Source: Nemertoderma westbladi (taxonomy: Eukaryota; Animalia; Xenacoelomorpha). From it: a stretch of DNA of 45,785 nt. Made by a program: the position numbers and the translations under genes. The stretch covers positions 1-45,785 of the forward strand of contig JAUCBJ010001820.1 of NCBI GenBank assembly GCA_032718475.1, in the 5' to 3' direction. The notes under the pieces were generated by a model. It saw only the letters and a program-made list of their open reading frames with translations, was not told the origin of the DNA and did no database searches. Positions 12,601 through 27,600 of the stretch are shown here, one piece after another (the stretch's first letter is position 1; the number at the start of each line of letters is the position of its first letter).

Positions 12601-15600
12601 CGCAGAACTCTACACTAAAGACACCGTTGTCGAGGTGATTGGAAATCTCACAGAGGTTCTCAGTCGTAAGTTCCATCCGCAACAGATATTCGGTACATTA
12701 GGTAGTCGAGACTACCACCCTGAGAACGAGATGCCAGGAGAGACCAATACAGTCTACCAGCGGGTCGCAGACGAGGTCTGGAGGACCTGGTTAGATCCAT
12801 ATAGGGATGCCGTGGCAACAATGAAGAAATGTTAGTCGCACCACACCTTAATTGGTGGTTTTAAGTTATTTTATTTTTATTTCCCCATCTAGTCTTTAAG
12901 TTGGTTTCTTTGGTTAATATTTGTCACTGTGAGATCCCCAGCTGGATACTAAATGTTTGTTTATTTTCCCAGCTGGCTAATATTTGTTTGTTTATTTTCC
13001 CAGCTGGATACTATTTGTTTGTTTATTTTCCCAGCTGGCTACTATTTGTTTGTTTATTTTCCCAGCTGGATACCTTTTGTTTGTTTATTTTCCCAGCTGG
13101 ATACTATTTCTTTGTTTATTTTCCCAGCTGGATACTATTTGTTTGTTTGTTTTCCCAGCTGGATACTATTTGTTTGTTTATTTTCCCAGCTGGCTACTAT
13201 TTGTTTGTTTATTTTCCCAGCTGGATACCTTTTGTTTGTTTATTTTCCCAGCTGGATACTATTTCTTTGTTTATTTTCCCAGCTGGATACTATTTGTTTG
13301 TTTATTTTCCCAGCTGGATACTATTTGTTTGTTATTTTCCCAGCTGGCTACTATTTGTTTGTTTATTTTCCCAGCTGGATACCTTTTGTTTGTTTATTTT
13401 CCCAGCTGGATACTATTTCTTTGTTTATTTTCCCAGCTGGATACTATTTGTTTGTTTGTTTTCCCAGCTGGATACTATTTGTTTGTTTATTTTCCCAGCT
13501 GGATACTACTCCCTGGAGGTGACATCGGGAATCCGAGTTATCGCGCTCAACACCGGCTTATATTTCGGGATGAATAAAATCACCGCTTACGACCCGGACC
13601 CTGGAGGCCAATTTAACTTCCTAAGAAACGAACTTAAAAAATCGCGCGACTTGGCCAAAAAAGTAAGTTAATATTACGATAAAAGAAGCCTAGACCACAT
13701 AATAGATATAGTCGAACACCTATGCAATTCCATTTATTATTTGGAGTGATTTATCGCAAATTTTTCAGATGTATCTTATTATTCAACATTCTTTTGAAGT
13801 TTCTAAAGGATATTTGCTAGTTGGCAGGCCAAGTCAAAGCCGGAAAACTCAATTAGCATGCACAAGGACATATCATGTGGCGAATAGGGCAGCGGCAAAC
13901 TAGAGAGGATTATAATCTTATTCCAAGGTTGTTTAACGAGGTTGTATATTCCACAATGAGGTCACATCAAGCGAGCTTTGTGCCGAAATAATCACTAATT
14001 AGGCGAGAGGAAATTAGGATTTCAGTTCGTATGACATCCCATGGGCGCGTGGAAATGATTAATCCTATTATTCAACCATTCATTATTATATACTGTGGAT
14101 GTGTAAAAAGTCATTCTGCGTTATTGCACCAATACCTATATTATTTTCTTAAATTCTCAAATGTCTCTCTTTACTATACTTATAAGTAAACTAAACAGGT
14201 TCGTAGGGGACTTCGCGTACACGTACTGTAAATCCAGATGATACTTTGCGTAGAGGTACATGTACAATAATTCGTGGACCTACTACTAGGATCGGCATGC
14301 TGCATTGCAGCTGCATTTTTAAGAATGCTGTGCCGGCTTGTCAACAAAATTGCACCGCCACAACTCCCTATCACCCATGACATTTGCTAGATCATCCGCA
14401 TCTTTAAGGCCAGTGTCCTTTAAGATGCGTCTCAAGAAAGTCATGGGCTGTCCACCATGCTTATTCACTCCATGAGGCTGCCAAAGTACAAGATTATGCA
14501 CTGGCTGGTCCTCACGGCGAAAGCAATGTCCTGCAAAGCGGAGGCGATTTTGTTCTAGTGTCAAGCTTGGGGGAACCAATGAGACACCTCCAATGTTATA
14601 TAGTGTCTGGTTGGAGATGTGTGCATTGTACTTGACACAATGAACCCGGCGTAGCATTCTTGTGAATGTGCCATCCAGAGATTTGGTGTCCTCAGCAGTT
14701 AGAGCCCAGCATGGACTCCCGTAGAGGAGTACTGGAACTACTGCTGCTCTAAATAATCGGACCTTAAGTTTCCGATTAATTCTAGGTGACTTCCAAATCC
14801 TGGAAAGCCTATTCAAGGCTGCCCATGCCTTTCCCTTACGTATTCGAAGGTCCTCACCTGACTTCCGGATCCATGATCCCAGGTAACAGAAGTCGTCCAC
14901 ATGCTCAAGCATACCATCCTTTGAGCTTATGCTCATCCGATCAGAGACTTGCTGAGGACTTTCAAAGTTAACTGTCAGAATTTTGGTCTTTCTGGAGTTA
15001 ATAAAAAGACCAACACTAGAAGCAGCATGTTCTAATGAGCTGAGGAGCCGTTGGGCTCCCTCTAATGATTCTGAGAGTACTCCTAAGTCATCAGCAAAGT
15101 CTAGATCAGTTAGGTACTTGGCAGGATTTCCTCGACTTCTGGAGCCAGTAGGTGGAGCTATCATCACCCCATCATCATTATGATGATCTAAGGACATGCG
15201 TAGAACATAGTCAACCACAATAATGAACAAGAATGGTGCAAGTGTGTCTCCTTGGAGGACGCCCCATAACACTTCAAATGGTTCTGTGTCACCGTCAACA
15301 GTAGACACAAATGTTGTCGAACCATCGTATACTGATCTGATTGCTGCAATAATTTCATCAGGAATCCCATATAATGAAAGTATGCTGAACATACGTGACC
15401 GAGAGACTGAATCAAAGGCCTTGAAGAAGTCAACAAAGATAACAGCCAGATGCCTGTCTTTCTTTTTTGATAATTCTTCAATTATCCTTCTAAGTGCCAA
15501 AATGGGCTCCATGGTCCCACGACCTTTACGGAACCCATTCTGATTTCCACGGAGCAGTCTCTCAATGGGATCCCTGATGCGATTTAATAGAATCCTATTG

Positions 15601-18600
15601 TATAGCTTTGCAGCAATCGAGATCAATGAGATTCCCCGAAAAGAACCATAGAGTGTTAGGTTGCCCTTCTTGGGAACTGGCACCAACTTATTTGTTTTCA
15701 TTTCTTGTGGGACTCTTGTTGTTCGGTACATGTCTACTATGATGGGATAGATGAGCTTTAAACACTCAGGTATTTTAAAGACCTCAGGGGGAACACCATC
15801 TACTCCACTGGCACGATTGGTCTTAATGCTCTTTGCAGCAGCCTTCACTTCTGCAAAGGAGATATCGCCAATGGGAATATCTGGGAGTACAGACTCAGAC
15901 ACTTTTACTTCTATAAAGTTATCAGGAAATACCCTGTCATTATTGAGGAGCTTTTCAAAGTGGGCTTTCCAACCATTGAGGCGATCGGCTGGTGATTCAG
16001 CCTTAACCTTGGTGGTTGGTTGGCTTTTCCGCCCAGTAAGCAGATTGATCGATTTCCATGCCTGGGATGATTGCCTGCTGTCGTCAGCATCATTGATGGC
16101 ATCAACCTGTTGGTTTATTAGCTCCTGTAGATTAACAGAGTACTGCCTGTTCAGGGACCTAGATGCAGCCTTAACTGCATTCTTGGCCGCTGTAGTCTGT
16201 TTGAGTCGGGACTCTTTCTGCGCCTTATGAAGGTCATTTCGACACTTCTGAATTTTGTTGTCAGTCCAGGGGGCCCGTTTCCTGTTTCGAGGGTATACAG
16301 GAACTGTTTCTGCAGCTGCTAACTTAACTGCTTCTGTAAAGGCAGTATAGCCCTCACAGTGATCTGCCGCCTCAGAGGCAAGAGCCTCATACCTGTTGCT
16401 CAGCTATAGTGTGAAGCTGGATCTCACACTTGGCTGTTGCAACAGAGAGGACCAGTCATGCCGCGGCAAGGCAGATTTTTTATGATACTTTGCGTAGAGG
16501 TACATGTACAATAAATCGTGTACCTAGTCATTCACGGATAAACTATAGAGGTCTGTCTGTGTGTCTATGGGTCTAAACGTTTTATAGACTGCATGTGTAG
16601 CAAGGTTGGTTCAATTTCATCAAAGATTGACCGACTTATTGGCGTTCAAACATTTTCGACGACGACTGACTGGTCAACTAATTATACCCCCTACGCTAAT
16701 ACTCACCTGGACTTCCGTGGCTCGCCCCACAATCCAATGATTATTTTAGCAATTATAGGCTTTGTAACGTAACGAAAGTGAGCGAGCTGTTAATACGGAC
16801 TACCTCAACCTCGTGTCGGTCTGCCGTACTGGCTGTTGGTCGATCTAATCTTTAAAACCTTATTTCTCAGGAAATCTCCACTTTCATAAAGTAAAACTTC
16901 GTAGGACTGATCTATACAAAAAGACTTCTACAGACTTCTGACGTTCGTTTTTCTGGCGCTAGGTGGCAAATGTATTTTGAATGTTGAAAGTTGCTTGCTT
17001 GACGAATTATTAAAGTACGCTCTTTATCCATGAAGATCTCCATGGGTTACCATCAGATGATTGGATAATAGGCCCTACTGTCCGGTAGCTTTGCGTAACT
17101 TTGCGTAACTTTCACGGTCACTATAAAACTTGTGGCCGTGCCAAACTGGTCACCAAAATGACAACTTATATAGAATCTCAAAAACCGAATTTTTGAATGG
17201 GAATTAAAATAGTCTAAGACGCACATAAATGTAAGTCAAAAATTCTATCACATATCAGTTTTTCTTCAACACGTGAACACGGAAGTCGGCAGTCTACCTC
17301 GTGTTGGCTGGGGGTGGGTGGGGGAATAACCTCTTAGAGGTCCTGATGGGATAGGGAGGTTTCAATGGTGACGAGGAGGATGAAGGCTGTGTTGCTGATC
17401 AGAATGAGGAGGCGGTGAGACGGGATGGGATAACAATGATATGTCATTTCAACAATAAAATTATATATTGTACAGTAAATAAAATGTTTTATTCACCTTC
17501 TCGCCTATTGATCTATTTTATTAACCTCTCTCGCTGGGCTCGCTAAGAAAATAAGGAACAAGCTGTACCTGTACAAATAAAGCTTATTTTTTACTGTGAC
17601 CGTAAAATAATACCGGTAGTTATAAATAAGTTGGCACAAATAATGTTAGAAAATCAATTATTGATACAAAAATGAAACAAGCAGTTAATTGCGCATATAT
17701 ATACATAAGGAATATAACCTATTTCACACACTTAATTATTAGCAATGAAGGTTAGAGAATTGATCTAGGCCTTCATACAGGTTCAGTGATAGAGCAAGCG
17801 ATAGCGCTTTTATAAAATAGCGGCATCATTAACTACAGGAACACTGATGGAACATGTCCCGTCTATAGTGATTGATGAGCTCATAAGCTGCAGCTTGAAA
17901 CAGGGTAATAACGTTGATTAGAGAAGAAACCATGTAACGATTTACTGATGGTACAGTAGTGGTGGATGGATGAGACCACACTTCAGTCGTCAACTCAATC
18001 AATGTTACTCGTCACGGTTATTAAACGTGATAATTTAGAGAAAAACTCTATCATAGAGATAACAGTGGCTCCTTAAAATGCAAAACTTGATGAAGATTTC
18101 TGCATCAAAGCGGGTGGTGTTTATGCTGCCAGAGGATAGCCCCATCACTGTCGTGTCCCTATAGATATGGTTGGTGAGTGGGCATGGAAGCGAAACCAGT
18201 AAACTACAGTACGCATTCGATGGGTAGGAGCCTGGAGCGGGTAGAGAGATGGGTTGTATCCGCTCTCTAGATTTATCGTATAGGGTAGATGCCGCGGGAA
18301 AATCATAGATTTACACCCGGGACTCCAACGAACGAACCCACAGTATTATACATGTAGATAGATATGGATATCCCTAGGCAATTCTACGTAATATTTATCC
18401 CAATATACTAGATCATAAGTAACATGGAAAATACTCTTATTTTTCCATTATGTTTTGGTGTTTTCCGTAAAGATACCCGAAGCGTTCTTTATCTGAAGTA
18501 CTCTAGGTTATCCAACAACCAGTTTGTCTATCTCTATAAGCTACATTCTAGTGGATTTGCAACGTAATGTATTTCAGTGTTTTCTTCGCAGACAATAATA

Positions 18601-21600
18601 TTAGCTCATACTCCACCGGGATATTCTGAGACCTTTAGGACATTGTACATGCATTACGGCCACAACCAACAATACACATCCATATTGCGGGAGTACAAGG
18701 ATGTAATAGCCAGCCAATTCTACGGCCACAGCCACGCGCCTACATTCAAAGTCGATATCACTAAAACAGGTGAATATTGTGTTTTGTCGTGATATTTTTT
18801 TTAGAATATGAGTCAATTGACGTGAATTGTTATTGTATTTTTGTTGATGTATTTCAATGACGACAATAGTCAATACCTTCTTCAAATTATGTGAAGGAAG
18901 GGGGGGGGGGGGGGGTGGGGGTACTGGCTTATTGCACCAAAAAGCGAATAAGTAGAAAAAATAGGTAAGATATATTTTGGGTGGACTTGTAAGAATTGTA
19001 ATTTTAAAAAAAAATCATTTTTGGCGCCCCTTGGCGGCCAGAGCATAAACTTACATTTTTAACTTAAAATGCTACTCCTTTGTTATGCTTTATTTTCGGA
19101 AGTAAGTTGTAACCTGTTTTTTGGAATCAGCATTGTCGATTACGTGAAAAAATTCGAGCAGAAATTTTGTTTCGTACGTTTTAAGGAAAATACCACCATT
19201 TTTCATAATAATTTTCCAGATAGGGGGGGAAACTGGACACAATAAAAATTCATCCCTCTCCAGGGGAAATTGGACGCAAATAACAGATAATTACTCTCAA
19301 AAATAAGACTGTAATCTGTTCTATTGTGTTTAGTTTATTGTTTTTGTTAAAATATCGTGCCACTGTAACCTGCTCCTTTCCCTAAATTGAGAATTTAACA
19401 TTGAGGGGGGATATTAATTCGCCAAGGCGGGTTTTGCGTCGAGTTTCCCACCCTGTCTCTAATTTTCACATTTTCAAAAAAGCACTAATTTTTTCGTAAA
19501 AAATGTTATCTAACAGATGAACAATTGCAAAACTGAAAAACTTCTCAAATTTTATTTTTGCGCCTACAGTACAGTACTAGTAGCTTTGCGCCTACAGTAC
19601 TAGTAGCTTTGCGCCTACAGTACTAAGTAGCTTTGCGCCTACAGTACTAGTAGCTTTGCGCCTACAGTACTAGTAGCTTTGAGCCTACAGTACTAGTAGC
19701 TTTGCGCCTACAGTACTAGTAGCTTTGCGCCTACAGTACTAGTAGCTTTGCGCCTACAGTACTAGTATCTTTGCGCCTACAGTACTAGTAGCTTTGCGCC
19801 TACAGTACTAGTAGCTTTGCGCCTACAGTACTAGTAGCTTTCATTTGAAACCAAAAACTTGCGAATTGGTTGAAAAATGGTGGAGGAGATATGTTTTAAA
19901 AATTAAAAAATACCATTCCGTGATAATTGCCTTTAAAGTTTAAACCTTCCCGCGTAAAAATTGTCTGTTAATATGTCAGAATGTCTGTCAATATAATATA
20001 TATATAGCAACACGAAAACGAAACCACAAAACCATGCTAAGAGTTTTGCTATATGCGGGTTTTCCTGGTCGCTGATTTCATTTCTGACGTCAGATTTCAC
20101 TGTTAATGAAATCTAGATAAGTGTACGTAGTGAGTTTTAGTGTATGTAGTGAGTACATGGGTGGTATTTGGTCACAGAGTTCTCACACTGTAAAGTACTG
20201 TACGTATTATATGTTACAGACGGTTATACCGACTCAGAACGGGCAACCGGTGTTATGTTTATGGGGCCATCGTTGAGTCCATACAGTAACCGCAACCCGG
20301 GCTTCCGAAGGTACACTTACGATAAGAGCAGTGGCGAGACTGTTCGCATAGAAGACTTCTACTTAGATCTCAACAACACTGACATTCTACATAAACCCAA
20401 ATGGGTCAAACTTTCAGAGTATGTTTGATGTACACTATTTAACTCATTTATCTTAAAATTACTGAAAATTAAGTTGTCACCAACCATGCGTTATGGTTAC
20501 CAGCTTATGTTGATGGAGTAAATAAAGTTGATCAGCATTGGGAGTTAGGCCCTGACACCAGGTAACAGACAAGAGAGAGTAGCATACAGGTTGCCCCTCC
20601 TGTGTTTCGTATTACACGTTCATCGACCGCTTTACTTTTGCCACTAAAGCAAACCGCTGGTGAGTGGTTGGTGATCGAGATATTTTTTTAGTATGAATAA
20701 ATTTTTGTAGTATAGACCCTATTGCGTTGTTTCTATAGCACCATGGAAGATTATGGGATGCAATCATTATCACCTCCTGACGTTCACAGTCTAATACTCA
20801 GGATGGCTGAAAACGAAACTTTATTCGACAGATATTGGAACAATTACGATCTTAGAACTGGATTGAATGGTTAGTTTTTCGTGCCACTACAGTTAATCAG
20901 AACCCCAAACCATGTATCCATATTTTATGTGTTAAATGTATATTTTTCACTCCGGATATAACTGCTGATTTTCCACTGAGAAACACCCATTTACCGTAAA
21001 AAGTACCTTGCTACTACCTAGTATTGGTGGTGCTTTAAGTATCCAGTAGCCAGTAGGCCTACTGATTGTAAAAATAGTGGCAGGAATTTACAGTAGCCAG
21101 TACCAGTACTTACATACAATGTATCATAATGTATCAATACATCGCCAAACAATGTATCATAATGTATCCATGCATCGCCAAACAATGTATCATAATGTAT
21201 CAATGCATCGCCAAACAATGTATCATAATGCATCAATACATCGCCAAACAATGTATCATAATGTATCAATGCATCGCCAAACAATGTATCATAATGTATC
21301 AATGCATCGTTAAATAATGTATCAATGCATCGCCAAACAATGTATCATAATGTATCAATGCATCGCCAAACAATGTATCATAATGTATCAATGCATCGCC
21401 AAACAATGTATCATAATGTACAGTATCAATGCATCGCCAAACAATGTATCATAATGTATCAATGCATCGCCAAACAATGTATCATAATGTATCAATGCAT
21501 CGCCAAATAATGTATCATAATATATCAATGCATCGCCAAACAATGTTTCATAATGTATCAATGCATCGCCAAACAATGTATCATAATGTATCAATGCATC

Positions 21601-24600
21601 GCCAAACAATGTATCATAATGTATCAATGCATCGCCAATGTATCATAATGTATCAATGCATCGCTAAACAATGTATCATAATGTATCAATGCATCGCCAA
21701 ACAATGTATCATAATGTATCAATGCATCGCCAAACAATGTATCATAATGTATCAATGCATCGCCAAACAATGTATCATAATGTATCAATGCATCACCAAA
21801 CAATCTATCATAATGTATCAATGCATCGCCAAACAATGTATCATAATGTATCAATGCATCGCCAAACAATGTATCATAATGTATCAATGCATCGCCAAAC
21901 AATGTATCATAATGTATCAATGCATCGCCAAACAATGTATCATAATGTATCAATGCATCGCCAAACAATGTTTCATAATGTATCAATGCATCGCCAATGT
22001 ATCATAATGTATCAATGCATCGCTAAACAATGTATCATAATGTATCAATGCATCGCCAAACAATGTATCATAATGTATCAATGCATCGCCAAACAATGTA
22101 TCATAATGTATCAATGCATCGCCAAACAATGTATCATAATGTATCAATGCATCACCAAACAATCTATCATAATGTATCAATGCATCGCCAAACAATCTAT
22201 CATAATGTATCAATGCATCGCCAAACAATGTATCATAATGTATCAATGCATCGCCAAACAATGTATCATAATGTATCAATGCATCGCCAAACAATGTATC
22301 ATAATGTATCAATGCATCACCAAACAATGTATCATAATGTATCAATGCATCACCAAACAATGTATCATAATGTATCAATGCATCGCCAAACAATGTATCA
22401 TAATGTATCAATGCATCGCCAAACAATGTATCATAATGTATCAATGCATCGCCAATGTATCATAATGTATCAATGCATCGCTAAACAATGTATCATAATG
22501 TATCAATGCATCGCCAAACAATGTATCATAATGTATCAATGCATCGCCAAACAATGTATCATAATGTATCAATGCATCGCCAAACAATGTATCATAATAT
22601 ATCAATGCATCGCCAAACAATGTTTCATAATGTATCAATGCATCGCCAAACAATGTATCATAATGTATCAATGCATCGCCAAACAATGTATCATAATGTA
22701 TCAATGCATCGCCAATGTATCATAATGTATCAATGCATCGCCAATGTATCATAATGTATCAATGCATCGCCAAACAATGTATCATAATGTATCAATGCAT
22801 CGCCAAACAATGTATCATAATGTATCAATGCATCGCCAAACAATGTATCATAATGTATCAATGCATCACCAAACAATCTATCATAATGTATCAATGCATC
22901 GCCAAACAATGTATCATAATGTATCAATGCATCGCCAAACAATGTATCATAATGTATCAATGCATCGCCAAACAATGTATCATAATGTATCAATGCATCG
23001 CCAAACAATGTATCATAATGTATCAATGCATCGCCAAACAATGTATCATAATGTATCAATGCATCGCCAATGTATCATAATGTATCAATGCATCGCTAAA
23101 CAATGTATCATAATGTATCAATGCATCGCCAAACAATGTATCATAATGTATCAATGCATCGCCAAACAATGTATCATAATGTATCAATGCATCGCCAAAC
23201 AATGTAACATAATGTATCAATGCATCACCAAACAATCTATCATAATGTATCAATGCATCGCCAAACAATCTATCATAATGTATCAATGCATCGCCAAACA
23301 ATGTATCATAATGTATCAATGCATCACCAAACAATGTATCATAATGTATCAATGCATCACCAAACAATCTATCATAATGTATCAATGCATCGCCAAACAA
23401 TCTATCATAATGTATCAATGCATCGCCAAACAATGTATCATAATGTATCAATGCATCACCAAACAATGTATCATAATGTATCAATGCATCACCAAACAAT
23501 GTATCATAATGTATCAATGCATCACCAAACAATGTATCATAATGTATCAATGCATCACCAAACAATGTATCATAATGTATCAATGCATCGCCAAACAATG
23601 TATCATAATGTATCAATGCATCGCCAAACAATGTATCATAATGTATCAATGCATCGCCAATGTATCATAATGTATCAATGCATCGCTAAACAATGTATCA
23701 TAATGTATCAATGCATCGCCAAACAATGTATCATAATGTATCAATGCATCGCCAAACAATGTATCATAATGTATCAATGCATCGCCAAACAATGTATCAT
23801 AATGTATCAATGCATCACCAAACAATCTATCATAATGTATCAATGCATCGCCAAACAATCTATCATAATGTATCAATGCATCGCCAAACAATGTATCATA
23901 ATGTATCAATGCATCACCAAACAATGTATCATAATGTATCAATGCATCACCAAACAATGTCTCATAATGTATCAATGCATCACCAAACAATGTATCATAA
24001 TGTATCAATGCATCACCAAACAATGTATCATAATGTATCAATGCATCACCAAACAATGTATCATAATGTATCAATGCATCACCAAACAATGTATCATAAT
24101 GTATCAATGCATCACCAAACAATGTATCATAATGTATCAATGCATCGCCAAACAATGTATCATAATGTATCAATGCATCACCAAACAATGTATCATAATG
24201 TATCAATGCATCGCCAAACAATGTATCATAATGTATCAATGCATCACCAAACAATGTATCATAATGTATCAATGCATCGCCAAACAATGTATCATAATGT
24301 ATCAATGCATCACCAAACAATGTATCATAATGTATCAATGCATCGCCAAACAATGTATCATAATGTATCAATGCATCACCAAACAATGTATCATAATGTA
24401 TCAATGCATCACCAAACAATGTATCATAATGTATCAATGCATCACCAAACAATGTATCATAATGTATCAATGCATCACCAAACAATGTATCATAATGTAT
24501 CAATGCATCACCAAACAATGTATCATAATGTATCAATGCATCGCCAAACAATGTATCATAATGTATCAATGCATCGCCAAACAATGTATCATAATGTATC

Positions 24601-27600
24601 AATGCATCGCCAATGTATCATAATGTATCAATGCATCGCTAAACAATGTATCATAATGTATCAATGCATCGCCAAACAATGTATCATAATGTATCAATGC
24701 ATCGCCAAACAATGTATCATAATGTATCAATGCATCGCCAAACAATGTATCATAATGTATCAATGCATCAACAAACAATGTATCATAATGTATCAATGCA
24801 TCACCAAACAATGTATCATAATGTATCAATGCATCACCAAACAATGTATCATAATGTATCAATGCATCGCCAAACAATGTATCATAATGTATCAATGCAT
24901 CACCAAACAATGTATCATAATGTATCAATGCATCACCAAACAATGTATCATAATGTATCAATGCATCACCAAACAATGTATCATAATGTATCAATGCATC
25001 GCCAATGTATCATAATGTATCAATGCATCGCTAAACAATGTATCATAATGTATCAATGCATCGCCAAACAATGTATCATAATGTATCAATGCATCGCCAA
25101 ACAATGTATCATAATGTATCAATGCATCGCCAAACAATGTATCATAATGTATCAATGCATCACCAAACAATGTATCATAATGTATCAATGCATCACCAAA
25201 CAATGTATCATAATGTATCAATGCATCACCAAACAATGTATCATAATGTATCAATGCATCACCAAACAATCTATCATAATGTATCAATGCATCGCCAAAC
25301 AATCTATCATAATGTATCAATGCATCGCCAAACAATGTATCATAATGTATCAATGCATCGCCAAACAATGTATCATAATGTATCAATGCATCACCAAACA
25401 ATCTATCATAATATATCAATGCATCGCCAAACAATCTATCATAATGTATCAATGCATCACCAAACAATGTATCATAATGTATCAATGCATCACCAAACAA
25501 TGTATCATAATGTATCAATGCATCACCAAACAATGTATCATAATGTATCAATGCATCACCAAACAATGTATCATAATGTATCAATGCATCACCAAACAAT
25601 GTATCATAATGTATCAATGCATCGCCAAACAATGTATCATAATGTATCAATGCATCGCCAAACAATGTATCATAATGTATCAATGCATCACCAAACAATG
25701 TATCATAATGTATCAATGCATCGCCAAACAATGTATCATAATGTATCAATGCATCACCAAACAATGTATCATAATGTATCAATGCATCGCCAAACAATGT
25801 ATCATAATGTATCAATGCATCACCAAACAATGTATCATAATGTATCAATGCATCGCCAATGTATCATAATGTATCAATGCATCACCAAACAATGTATCAT
25901 AATGTATCAATACATCGCCAAACAATGTATCATAATGTATCAATGCATCACCAAACAATGTATCATAATGTATCAATGCATCACCAAACAATGTATCATA
26001 ATGTATCAATGCATCGCCAAACAATGTATCATAATGTATCAATGCATCACCAAACAATGTATCATAATGTATCAATGCATCGCCAATGTATCATAATGTA
26101 TCAATGCATCACCAAACAATGTATCATAATGTATCAATACATCGCCAAACAATGTATCATAATGTATCAATGCATCGCCAAACAATGTATCATAATGTAT
26201 CAATGCATCACCAAACAATGTATCATAATGTATCAATGCATCACCAAACAATGTATCATAATGTATCAATGCATCGCCAAACAATGTATCATAATGTATC
26301 AATGCATCACCAAACAATGTATCATAATGTATCAATGCATCGCCAATGTATCATAATGTATCAATGCATCACCAAACAATGTATCATAATGTATCAATAC
26401 ATCGCCAAACAATGTATCATAATGTATCAATGCATCGCCAAACAATGTATCATAATGTATCAATGCATCACCAAACAATGTATCATAATGTATCAATGCA
26501 TCACCAAACAATGTATCATAATGTATCAATGCATCGCCAAACAATGTATCATAATGTATCAATGCATCACCAAACAATGTATCATAATGTATCAATGCAT
26601 CGCCAATGTATCATAATGTATCAATGCATCACCAAACAATGTATCATAATGTATCAATACATCGCCAAACAATGTATCATAATGTATCAATGCATCACCA
26701 AACAATGTATCATAATGTATCAATGCATCACCAAACAATGTATCATAATGTATCAATGCATCGCCAAACAATGTATCATAATGTATCAATGCATCACCAA
26801 ACAATGTATCATAATGTATCAATGCATCGCCAATGTATCATAATGTATCAATGCATCACCAAACAATGTATCATAATGTATCAATGCATCGCCAAACAAT
26901 GTATCATAATGTATCAATGCATCACCAAACAATGTATCATAATGTATCAATGCATCGCCAAACAATGTATCATAATGTATCAATGCATCGCCAAACAATG
27001 TATCATAATGTATCAATGCATCACCAAACAATGTATCATAATGTATCAATGCATCGCCAAACAATGTATCATAATGTATCAATGCATCGCCAAACAATGT
27101 ATCATAATGTATCAATGCATCGCCAAACAATGTATCATAATGTATCAATGCATCGCCAAACAATGTATCATAATGTATCAATGCATCGCCAAACAATGTA
27201 TCATAATGTATCAATGCATCGCCAAACAATGTATCATAATGTATCAATGCATCACCAAACAATGTATCATAATGTATCAATGCATCGCCAAACAATGTAT
27301 CATAATGTATCAATGCATCGCCAAACAATGTATCATAATGTATCAATGCATCGCCAAACAATGTATCATAATGTATCAATGCATCACCAAACAATGTATC
27401 ATAATGTATCAATGCATCACCAAACAATGTATCATAATGTATCAATGCATCGCCAAACAATGTATCATAATGTATCAATGCATCGCCAAACAATGTATCA
27501 TAATGTATCAATGCATCGCCAAACAATGTATCATAATGTATCAATACATCGCCAAACAATGTATCATAATGTATCAATGCATCGCCAAACAATGTATCAT

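Noticed and set aside
12901-13577. Hydrophobic multi-pass membrane protein ORFs
   Set aside because: They are translations of the 31-bp acceptor array; only 13499-13662 is supported as an exon.
14786-16230. Plus-strand ORFs over the RTE (and 39973-40444 over the second RTE)
   Set aside because: Antisense or alternative-frame shadows of the reverse transcriptase coding sequence.
18900-19936. Possible Kolobok-like non-autonomous DNA transposon ending ...gcctttaa
   Set aside because: Only one plausible terminus is visible; no matching TIR or TSD was found.
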